Assembly (NCBI GenBank): GCA_030620995.1
Contig: JAUXIK010000007.1
Span: 1,506-65,505 of the forward strand
DNA: 64,000 nt
Direction of reading: 5' to 3'
Origin: Candidatus Aegiribacteria sp.
Lineage (GTDB): Bacteria > Fermentibacterota > Fermentibacteria > Fermentibacterales > JCC-6
The notes under the pieces are model-generated. The model searched no databases and was not told where the DNA came from. It saw nothing but the letters and a program-made list of their open reading frames with translations. Positions 48,540 through 56,408 of this stretch are shown here, piece after piece (the stretch's first letter is position 1; the number at the start of each line of letters is the position of its first letter). Both the position numbers and the translations under genes were made by a program.

Positions 48540-49303
48540 GCGGGTATTCAGATGTGAACAGATGGCACAAACAGTTAAACGGTTCGCTGGTAATTCTGAA
48601 GAAGAACATTTTTCTTTACTACATGAAGTCCCCCGTTCTGATATTCGGCGTTCTCTTTCCGGTGTTCTTCTTCCTCGCTTTTAAAATGGGAAGAGATATC
48701 TCGCCCGGGAATGTTGTACCCGGAATGGTCGCTATGGCGCTTTGGTTTTCCGCCAGTGCCATAGGCCCTCTGGTAACCCCCTGGGAGCGGGGGGCGAAAA
48801 CCTGGGAACGTTTAATTTCCACTCCCATATCTCTCCGCTCAATACTTACGGGTGACGTTCTGAGCGGTTTCGTATTCGGCTGTGCTATCTCGGTGATACC
48901 TGTGGTTCTGGGCTTGCTCCTTACCGATGCCAGAATTATGAACCTGCCTCTTCTCATCGGTGGCATTCTGGCTGGAGCGCTGTGTTTTTCCTCTCTGGGT
49001 GTTCTTCTCTCATCACCCCCTGCAGCCAGTCCTTCCAACATCATGCTTCTTTCAAACCTGGTTCGACTTCCCCTGTTGTTTGTAAGCGGAATATTCGTTC
49101 CAATAGCACAGATGCCGGCATGGGCAGGATGGATAGCACCGCTATCTCCTTTGTCCTATGCAAGCGCCCTTATAAGAGCATCGTACGGAAGCGTTCCTTA
49201 CTTCCCGGCATGGCTGTGCTTTCTTATGCTGTTTATTTTCACATCTGTTCTGTTCACGATTTCGTGCCGATTCCACAGGATGTACCGGGCAAAGGGACTT
49301 TAA
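48536..49303 (+). CDS. ABC-2 type transporter permease
   Basis: Six hydrophobic segments. The ATGA overlap couples it to the ATPase gene. Confidence 0.75.
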   Translation: MSGYSDVNRWHKQLNGSLVILKKNIFLYYMKSPVLIFGVLFPVFFFLAFKMGRDISPGNVVPGMVAMALWFSASAIGPLVTPWERGAKTWERLISTPISLRSILTGDVLSGFVFGCAISVIPVVLGLLLTDARIMNLPLLIGGILAGALCFSSLGVLLSSPPAASPSNIMLLSNLVRLPLLFVSGIFVPIAQMPAWAGWIAPLSPLSYASALIRASYGSVPYFPAWLCFLMLFIFTSVLFTISCRFHRMYRAKGL

Positions 49304-49313
49304 AGGAGGAAGA

Positions 49314-49847
49314 ATGAGCATCAGGATTACTCTGCTGATGGTTATGGTTACACTTCTATTGACAGGTGTCTCATTTGCCAATCCCGCGCCCTGGCCCGGG
49401 ACTGATAACCAGTTCACCATCATGCAGACAGTGGAGTTCACATTCCACATCGAAGGATCAATACAACCGGATACTATGGGTACATGGATACTTTATGGCG
49501 GGCCGACACTGGTCAACATCCTGAGCCCCGCCGAGACAAAAGGTACGGGTTTCGGCATTGAGATGGGAGCTGAACTTCGCAAGTACTTCATGCGGCCCCT
49601 GTCAGGTCTTTTCGCCGGAGCGTATCTGGGCGCAGGCGCGCTCTGGAGATCGGGAGAGGAACAGGTGGAGGCTGTCTCAGCCGGTGTCAAGCTGGGATGG
49701 CGGATACCACTGTTCAGTCGTGGATTACAATTGGACGTTGAACCATACATCTGCGTGGGAGCGAAGCTCCTGGGCAGCAATAAAGATGAAAACAGCGACC
49801 TCTTAGATGCAGCTCTTTACCTGGGAACCAAGTTCGATTTCTACTGA
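49314..49847 (+). CDS. Small secreted protein, possibly an 8-stranded OM beta-barrel
   Basis: Signal peptide, alternating pattern, and an aromatic C-terminus (KFDFY). Confidence 0.45.
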   Translation: MSIRITLLMVMVTLLLTGVSFANPAPWPGTDNQFTIMQTVEFTFHIEGSIQPDTMGTWILYGGPTLVNILSPAETKGTGFGIEMGAELRKYFMRPLSGLFAGAYLGAGALWRSGEEQVEAVSAGVKLGWRIPLFSRGLQLDVEPYICVGAKLLGSNKDENSDLLDAALYLGTKFDFY

Positions 49848-49895
49848 TCCCGCAGGACTGTCATCTTTGGTCTGATAATTGAAAAGGAATAAGTA

Positions 49896-51620
49896 ATGAA
49901 TGTATTCTGCGAGTTCTGGCGGCGCCATTTGGAAGCTGCTGCTTTTTCTTCTTTTCTCATCGCTATGATCTTCACCGGGCTGATGGGCTGCGGCAACAAT
50001 CCCTCCGGGCTCGTACCACCCAACTTCACCATTGTCTCCATTATTTTCACCGGTGACTCAACAGGCAGTAAAGAACGGCCTTCTGTCAGTTGCCAACTGG
50101 AAAGAAGGTGCGCCCGGGGCAAAGATGAATCTTACTGCGAGGTAACGGTTACCTGGAATTCTCCTGCAGATCAGACTGTACTGAGCTACTCCTTGAACAG
50201 GTCAACTGAACCGGGAATCTCTTCAGGCGGCTCCGATGTCAGAATTGTTGGAACCACCACCGATACGCTCCTTGCCGATTCTGACTCCCTGCTATGGGCA
50301 ACCACATACTACTATGCGGTCAGCGCTCTCAGCTCCGATTCTACAGTACATTGGAGCAATGAGGGAAGCATAACAACTCCTTTGTCACAGTTGCCTACGC
50401 CATCTCAGATCTCCGCAACCGATTTGCCAATGGGGCGCTGCATTCTCACCTGGACTGCCTGCCCGGATGAGGATTTCTCCTATTACACGCTGGTAAGGCG
50501 ACAGTACAGCGGGTCGCTTCACGGGGATACGCTGGGAATCTTCTATGGAGCGCAGGACACCATGTTCCTGGACTCGGTACCCCCGACGTATACACCCAGA
50601 TACTATCAGGTAACAACGACAAACACTCTGGGTCTCAGCGCCAAAAGCAACATGCTGACATACACATCCGACTATGGGCTGCCGTGGTATATGGACATAT
50701 ACTGGGACGGACCCTATTCCTTCGACAAATACTGGATAATAGATGAAACTCTCACACCATCATGGGACGGAGAACAGATCTACTTTGTGGAGTACATTGA
50801 AAACCAGTATCCATATTTCGTCTACTCCTGCATAAGGAGAATGAACACCAATAACGCGGGCAGCACTAACGGCTGCGGATCCGATGAGATCCATGGTTTC
50901 GCCCATGCACCGGGGGAGAACGCTCTGCTGGTCTCACGATCGATCGAAAGCAGGGCCTATTATCTTGATCTGTATGACGATTACTCTCTTGAGCTTATGA
51001 GCAGCATAACGGTGGATTTCGAATGCGACGGAATGCTGGTCCTTCCCTACAGCGGAATTGCGCTTATCCATCCCCTCAACAGCTCCAGCTCTCTGATACT
51101 GGACCTCGGAGCGATGGAGTTGGTGGATACGCTCAGCTACTATTTCTCCTACGGACAGGTGATCAAGGATTTCGGAGCCTACATATGGGGAGTGGGAGGC
51201 GGCCTCAGGAGAGTGGATCTGACCACGCTTGAAATTGTGGCCTGGGGCAGCAGTTATCCCGGGCATCAGCAAATGGTTGTATCCTCAAAAGGGGAATTAT
51301 GTTACATTTCAGGCAGTACCTTCCATCGATGCGACCCCTTCAGCCTTGCATCGTTGTACACTGTTACTCTTCCATCCCACGAGGCATCCGCGCTTGTGGA
51401 AGCGCAGGATACCGTTTTCGCCTATCTGTACACCAGCCTTGAACCAATTGTGGTTTACAACACGGAGAATCTGACCAGCCCGGGCTATGTGCTTTACAAA
51501 GAAGGAACGGATGATATAGAGATCTCCGACATGATTCCATTAACGGAGCAGGAGGAGATATGGTGCACCTGTCGAGACTACTACTCCGCCAGGGATGGTG
51601 CCTTCAGTATAGCCAGATGA
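49896..51620 (+). CDS. Lipoprotein with Fn3-like N-terminal modules, unknown function
   Basis: Lipobox LMGCG in a 574-aa ORF. Confidence 0.55.
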   Translation: MNVFCEFWRRHLEAAAFSSFLIAMIFTGLMGCGNNPSGLVPPNFTIVSIIFTGDSTGSKERPSVSCQLERRCARGKDESYCEVTVTWNSPADQTVLSYSLNRSTEPGISSGGSDVRIVGTTTDTLLADSDSLLWATTYYYAVSALSSDSTVHWSNEGSITTPLSQLPTPSQISATDLPMGRCILTWTACPDEDFSYYTLVRRQYSGSLHGDTLGIFYGAQDTMFLDSVPPTYTPRYYQVTTTNTLGLSAKSNMLTYTSDYGLPWYMDIYWDGPYSFDKYWIIDETLTPSWDGEQIYFVEYIENQYPYFVYSCIRRMNTNNAGSTNGCGSDEIHGFAHAPGENALLVSRSIESRAYYLDLYDDYSLELMSSITVDFECDGMLVLPYSGIALIHPLNSSSSLILDLGAMELVDTLSYYFSYGQVIKDFGAYIWGVGGGLRRVDLTTLEIVAWGSSYPGHQQMVVSSKGELCYISGSTFHRCDPFSLASLYTVTLPSHEASALVEAQDTVFAYLYTSLEPIVVYNTENLTSPGYVLYKEGTDDIEISDMIPLTEQEEIWCTCRDYYSARDGAFSIAR

Positions 51621-51720
51621 TGCTTGCACAAAATGCCGGTATGAAGTACATTTTCCCTGTTCAGGAATCAGGGTTTTATAAGTAAAACCAAATCATTCAA
51701 CGTACTACAGGAGGATCAGT

Positions 51721-52266
51721 GTGAAATTCACGAAAATACTAGTACTTTTAGCTGCAATTTCTCTATTTGCCGTCAGCGGCTGTGGCAGCAGCGGTGAATC
51801 GAACGATTCCCGGGAAGACACCTCAAGCTCGGATACCGAACAAGTTAATGCAGATGCTGAAATCTCTGAGCCTTCTGGAACATCCTCATCTTCTGAGGAA
51901 GGATCAGAATATGACCCCGATCCTACCGACATTAATTACGCCAACCTGAATGAGGGTATCCCTGCGAATTTCCCTGATGTGATCCCTGTTTACAATTCTG
52001 CAAACACTACTGTTCTTGGAGGTATAGAACAGGATGCCGGCGGAACCATGATATATGATCTCGTTCTTGGCAGCAACGATCAGGTTTCAGACGTGACAAG
52101 TATCATTGTTGGCAGTGTCGAGAACATAGATATGAATATATCCGTTGAAGGTTCAACCATGCTTATGGGTTACATGGGCGACTGGGATTATGCAATAACG
52201 ATTGATAACGGTGAAGCGGACGGATACACCACGATTATCACATACGCTTTAACTGAAATGCAATAA
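51721..52266 (+). CDS. Lipoprotein, unknown function
   Basis: GTG start, lipobox AVSGC and an acidic Ser-rich linker. Confidence 0.55.
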   Translation: MKFTKILVLLAAISLFAVSGCGSSGESNDSREDTSSSDTEQVNADAEISEPSGTSSSSEEGSEYDPDPTDINYANLNEGIPANFPDVIPVYNSANTTVLGGIEQDAGGTMIYDLVLGSNDQVSDVTSIIVGSVENIDMNISVEGSTMLMGYMGDWDYAITIDNGEADGYTTIITYALTEMQ

Positions 52267-52297
52267 TTTATAGAATAGTGTGATTCAACAGCTTTCA

Positions 52298-52327
52298 GGG
52301 GACACGCGGCAGATCCTGCATGTCCCC
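52298..52327. repeat. REP-like hairpin GGGGACACGCGGCAGATCCTGCATGTCCCC
   Basis: Same family as 9264 and 29070. Confidence 0.75.
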
Positions 52328-52390
52328 TGATTTTGTATATGGTATAGAGCCGATGGAAATTGGTTTTGAAAAGTACTTGTATGATTATGC

Positions 52391-52418
52391 AAGTGCCGCA
52401 AGTGGCGTCCGACCCCAT
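52391..52418 (+). repeat. 28-nt element AAGTGCCGCAAGTGGCGTCCGACCCCAT, left copy
   Basis: Identical 28/28 to 53346..53373. Confidence 0.85.
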
Positions 52419-52419
52419 A

Positions 52420-52530
52420 CGCTCAGATATCGCTTACGGTGAGGACTCCGACATGTTCTTCGATTTAATCGGAGAACCTATGAGTGCTCTTGAATCCGAA
52501 ACCTGGGGCAGCATCAAAACCCTCTTCTGA
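52420..52530 (+). pseudogene. 3' fragment (36 codons) of a paralog of the 53437..54114 gene
   Basis: It reads RSDIAYGEDSDMFFDLIGEPMSALESETWGSIKTLF*, versus RSDVAFDEDSDMFFDFYGESTSALESETWGSIKTLF* (about 88/111 nt). No start codon or signal peptide. Confidence 0.8.
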
Positions 52531-52646
52531 AGACTCGAACTGCGCACGAACATATCACATAAAGAAATAGCCCCCTGGTCGGGGGCTTTGTCCTCTGTGG
52601 CGAGCCACAGTAGACAATATTCGAACTATTCTGCTGTTTGGTGAAT

Positions 52647-53030
52647 TTACTTATCAGTCAATACAAGTTCCAGGGAAGCCTTCATTAATTCAAAGTGCTG
52701 GTCGAGGGTGTAGATTTCACAGTGATTCTGAAGTGCATTCTGTGCGATGATTAAGTCGGGTATACCAATACCGTTTATCCCTTGTTTCAAGCATTTGTGT
52801 TGAAATTCGATGATCTCTTTCCAATCAATATTCAAACTCAGCCGTTCGACGAAGTTCAACAGATCAATCAGTTTGTGTTGATTCTTAATTTTCAGGAATG
52901 GAATCAGTTCAGCAAGGATAAGGTCATTAATGACTAAAATGTTTTCATCAATCAAAAAATCCAGCTTGCCCGAGTTACTTCCGCCCCTGAAATAATCAAC
53001 CCAGACTGAAGAATCAACTAAAACCTGCAT
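52647..53030 (-). CDS. vapC: PIN-domain toxin VapC
   Basis: The N-terminus VLVDSSVWVDYFRG and conserved acidic positions are typical of the PIN domain. Confidence 0.8.
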   Translation of the reverse strand: MQVLVDSSVWVDYFRGGSNSGKLDFLIDENILVINDLILAELIPFLKIKNQHKLIDLLNFVERLSLNIDWKEIIEFQHKCLKQGINGIGIPDLIIAQNALQNHCEIYTLDQHFELMKASLELVLTDK

Positions 53031-53221
53031 TCACGACTCCGGACGCTGTCCATATCAATATCCAGATCGATTTTACCTTTGAATTCCTTCAGGCCAGAGA
53101 TAGTATATTTACGAATTAGTTCCTCCAAGGCTGTGATGATAACTTTGGTCTTCGTCTCGATATGGGTTGTTCGCATTGCTTCGATCATTAACTCTTCAGG
53201 TAAATTTAGAGTTGTTCTCAT
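53018..53221 (-). CDS. vapB: VapB-family antitoxin (DUF2191-like)
   Basis: MRTTLNLPEELMIEAMRTT is typical. It overlaps vapC. Confidence 0.75.
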   Translation of the reverse strand: MRTTLNLPEELMIEAMRTTHIETKTKVIITALEELIRKYTISGLKEFKGKIDLDIDMDSVRSRECRF

Positions 53222-53235
53222 TTTGACACCTCCAT

Positions 53236-53271
53236 ATGCATAATTTTACATTTTTATGCATACGCTGTCAA
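53236..53271 (-). promoter_or_regulatory. vapBC promoter TTGACA-17-TAAAAT with an inverted repeat ATGCATA/TATGCAT bracketing the -10
   Basis: On the minus strand, -35 is at 53271..53266 and -10 at 53248..53243. GGAGG lies 7 nt before the ATG. The inverted repeats are at 53236..53242 and 53255..53261. Confidence 0.6.
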
Positions 53272-53345
53272 GCGTTGATTCCCTTTTCAACACTACAACA
53301 TAGTGTTGACAGTAATGTATTGTTAATCAGATGAATACTCTTCGT

Positions 53346-53373
53346 AAGTGCCGCAAGTGGCGTCCGACCCCAT
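53346..53373 (+). repeat. 28-nt element AAGTGCCGCAAGTGGCGTCCGACCCCAT, right copy
   Basis: Identical to 52391..52418, and 63 nt upstream of the ATG at 53437. Confidence 0.85.
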
Positions 53374-53436
53374 CATTGACATAACGTAAGCATCAGGATA
53401 CATTTTAGTTGTGTTTATCTTCATAAAAGGACGTGA

Positions 53437-54114
53437 ATGATGAGACAAATCCTATCCGCTATTCTGATCTTAGCTCTGTCTTCCGCACTGGCCGATCAAC
53501 CTGCTCAGCTGGGTTCCCGCCACATTCCAAGATCAGGTCCTATTGAGATTGATGGGTTGGTTTATTAGCAGCCTTACCATTATTCGCTTATTCTGAACGG
53601 TTATAGTAACTATGGTGCAGGCGATCGCTGGGTCTGCGATGATTTCACTCTTGAAGACGACTGTGATATCCGAGAGATCTACGTCTGGATGCAATATACC
53701 GGCGGGATACCCACATATATGAATCTCATCATCTCCGAAGATGATACCGGTGATTCAGACCCCAACACCAGCAGCCATATATGGAGCGAATCCATACCCT
53801 GTACTCATATTATTGTGGAGATGTACCCCTTCTATGTCTGGGAGACTCACTGCACGATTCCTCTGGACTATCCTGAGCTTGAAGCGGGTGTCCATTACTA
53901 CTTCGAGACACAGGCCGATATTTGCGATAACTGCTTTTTTTTTGTACGTCATAATTACGTTGGTGACTACTGCTGGTACGATGACGGGTCAGGTGTGTAT
54001 GTAAGATCCGATGTTGCTTTCGATGAGGATTCCGACATGTTCTTCGATTTCTACGGTGAGTCAACAAGTGCTCTTGAATCAGAGACCTGGGGCAGTATCA
54101 AGACCCTCTTCTAG
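53437..54114 (+). pseudogene. Secreted tag-family protein gene interrupted by an in-frame TAG at 53566..53568
   Basis: The ATG at 53437 encodes a signal peptide (MMRQILSAILILALSSALA). The same frame continues through the TAG into tracked ORF 53689..54114, ending SALESETWGSIKTLF. Confidence 0.6.
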
Positions 54115-54133
54115 AAATTTCCTAATAAAGAAA

Positions 54134-54164
54134 GCCACCCATGTCGTTTTTAACGGTGGGTGGC
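54134..54164 (-). terminator. Hairpin terminator shared by tRNA-Asp (minus) and the plus-strand gene
   Basis: GCCACCC...GGGTGGC stem. On the minus strand it is followed by TTTCTTTATT. Confidence 0.5.
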
Positions 54165-54179
54165 ACTCATTCATCTCTG

Positions 54180-54256
54180 TGGCGGTCCGGACGAGACTCG
54201 AACTCGCAACTTCCGGCGTGACAGGCCGGTGCTCTAGCCGATTGAACTACCGGACC
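54180..54256 (-). tRNA. tRNA-Asp: tRNA-Asp, anticodon GUC, CCA encoded
   Basis: Manual cloverleaf: acceptor GGTCCGG/CCGGACC, D stem GTTC/GAGC, anticodon stem CCGGC/GCCGG with loop CTGTCAC, T arm GCGAG-TTCGAGT-CTCGT, discriminator G, 77 nt. Confidence 0.9.
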
Positions 54257-54404
54257 GCTCAGAGTTGGATGAGAAATATCGAAAATTCTCAGCTGATGTC
54301 AAGGATATACAATGACGGATATCGGTATGGGGAACATTTACGCCGTATCAGAACTAAGTATACTTATAATATAGGTAGGAATAAGAATTCAGAAAGGAGT
54401 CTTT

Positions 54405-55019
54405 ATGAAGTTATCTTCTTTGCTGCTCGCGTGTCTGGCCGGTATCAGCCTTTCGAGTACAATTGAAATTGGAACTGCGGAGTTTCCCTCAACCTCCCCC
54501 TGGTGTGCCGATTGAACTGAGTCAACACGCTACCAGGTGGTAGTGCTGGCGAGTGAAATCGGTGACGCTATTGAAATTGAGAGTCTTTCCTGGAAACGTC
54601 ATATTACCGGTGACTCTCAGGGAACTTACAATGATTACTCTCTTTATATGGGATTCTGCTCCAGTGATGTGCTGGGCACAAATTTCGACGATAACTACAT
54701 TTCAGGCACGCGGATTCTCGTTATGAGTTCATCCCTGTACACAACACCTTCTGCTGATCCAAACGAATGGTTTGATAATATTCTGGACACTTCGTTCTGG
54801 TACAACGGTGAGGATAATCTGATAATAGAGATCGAATGGTCCGACGGAGTTGGATCACTGTATACATGGCACTGGGATAGTGGCGGTCAAAGGTGTGTCA
54901 TTGGTCCTTATGGAGCATCTACCGGGTATCCCTCAACAAATGTGCCAAACCTCAGACTCAACGGAGTCCTCTCTCTTTCAAATACCACCTTTGGACGGAT
55001 CAAGGCGGCTTTCATCTGA
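54405..55019 (+). pseudogene. Secreted tag-family protein gene interrupted by an in-frame TGA at 54513..54515 (nonsense mutation or recoding)
   Basis: The ATG at 54405 gives the signal peptide MKLSSLLLACLAGISLS. The same frame continues through the TGA into ORF 54537..55019, ending TTFGRIKAAFI. Confidence 0.55.
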
Positions 55020-55124
55020 TATAATGTTTCTCATAACCGGTCTCCCCTTGGCCGGGGGGACCGGTTTTCCTATTATCGGTTCAATTCATGGAAATTCATC
55101 AACACAGCTTGAAGGACAGGATAG

Positions 55125-56309
55125 ATGAGGCTTTCTGCTCTGGCGCTGGTTCTTTTTACAGCTGTGTTGTTTGCTTTCTGCCCGCTTGGACTACCTCCCG
55201 AAGAAGCCTGTTCCGCTGACAATCCTTTATGTGCTCTATATCAGGATAACGACGGCGATGATCTCTGTGACAACCCCGAGCCACAGCCTGAAAGCAGTTC
55301 TGATCAGGACACACAACTCCCCCCTGACAGTGCTCAGCAAGCAGACATTCCCGAAGTGATCGCGGAAGAAGATGATCCTGTCATTACCGAGGAATTTTCG
55401 GAGGAAGTCACCGAATCAGCTGTGATAATTGAAGAAACAGAGATCGATGTGCCTGAGGATTCCGTTATAGTCGATATCTCCGAAACAACATACCCTCTGC
55501 AGATCGAATCAAGCGGCTGTCCGCTTGATCTCCCCCCTGAAGCAGCATGCCCGACCCCTGAAGACCGCCTCTGTCCTCACTTCCGCGGAGGGGAGAGCTG
55601 TATCAATCCATCCGGGGGAGGTGTTCGAAGAACACAGTTGATAGTAATAGCCACTACCGTTCTACTCTTTGCAGCCACATTTCTGAAACGTCAATATAGA
55701 GGCCGCAGGAAGACTGATCGGCACAGGAGGAAAATCGCCCATATCATCATACAGACAATCTCGATTCTGGTTCTTGGTTTTTTCGTGCAGGGATGCTACT
55801 GTCCGCTGGGTGTTTTTCAATATATCTTCCTTCCCGGCGGAGTGGGTTTTCTCGGTGGAGTCGGTATCGCGGTTCTGCTGCTGCCTGCTCTGTGGAGTCT
55901 TTTCATCGGAAGGATCTATTGCGGCTGGGTATGCCCGTTCGGAGCCCTGCAGGATCTTCTTGGTAAACTGAACGTTCCCCGACCTCCAGCTTTTCCGAAG
56001 AAGGTTCACAGATTTCTCATTAACTTCAAGTATGTTCTGGCTGTAGCTTTCATTGGCGCGCTGATTCTTACAGGGAAAGGGTTCTTCGGCAGAATTATTC
56101 CAGCTTCTCTTTTCTGCCAGATAGATCCCTTCCATACTATTTTCTCGTATTTCATTGTCGGATCATTTACAGGGGCAATTGCTTCCCTGTGCTTGCTGAC
56201 ATTCTTTCCAAGATTTTTCTGTAAATACCTCTGTTTCTACGGAGCTGTTCTCAGTGTTCTTGGAAGAGCACGCCTGTGGGCCAGGATTAGCAGAAGGCAT
56301 AAGCAGTAA
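55125..56309 (+). CDS. Membrane polyferredoxin-like 4Fe-4S binding protein (NapH/NosR-type CxxCP motifs) with an acidic Cys-rich N-terminal extension
   Basis: YCGWVCPFGALQDLL and FFCKYLCFYGA sit between TM segments. The N-terminus has duplicated CPLGLPPEEAC / CPLDLPPEAAC modules. Confidence 0.6.
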   Translation: MRLSALALVLFTAVLFAFCPLGLPPEEACSADNPLCALYQDNDGDDLCDNPEPQPESSSDQDTQLPPDSAQQADIPEVIAEEDDPVITEEFSEEVTESAVIIEETEIDVPEDSVIVDISETTYPLQIESSGCPLDLPPEAACPTPEDRLCPHFRGGESCINPSGGGVRRTQLIVIATTVLLFAATFLKRQYRGRRKTDRHRRKIAHIIIQTISILVLGFFVQGCYCPLGVFQYIFLPGGVGFLGGVGIAVLLLPALWSLFIGRIYCGWVCPFGALQDLLGKLNVPRPPAFPKKVHRFLINFKYVLAVAFIGALILTGKGFFGRIIPASLFCQIDPFHTIFSYFIVGSFTGAIASLCLLTFFPRFFCKYLCFYGAVLSVLGRARLWARISRRHKQ

Positions 56310-56408
56310 CCAGCTTCTCCCCCCTTGACCTGACCGGGTATCATTTTGCAGTAATTTACAGTGCGTAACGGGGTTCTTTCCATAATATGATAACTGAAGG
56401 AGAGAATA

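Noticed and set aside
54180-54256. tRNA-Asp as the attachment site of an integrative island carrying VapBC.
   Set aside because: There is no integrase in the window. The duplicated sequence overlaps at most ~5-9 nt of the tRNA 3' end, and the repeat is better explained as a copy of the whole neighbouring gene tail. It is kept only as context in the VapBC finding.
54513-54515. Genome-wide UGA reassignment (Gly/Trp, as in some candidate phyla).
   Set aside because: TGA clearly terminates other well-supported genes here, including mobile mystery protein A at 7681..7683, the DUF234 ATPase at 12133..12135 and brnT. The code looks standard.
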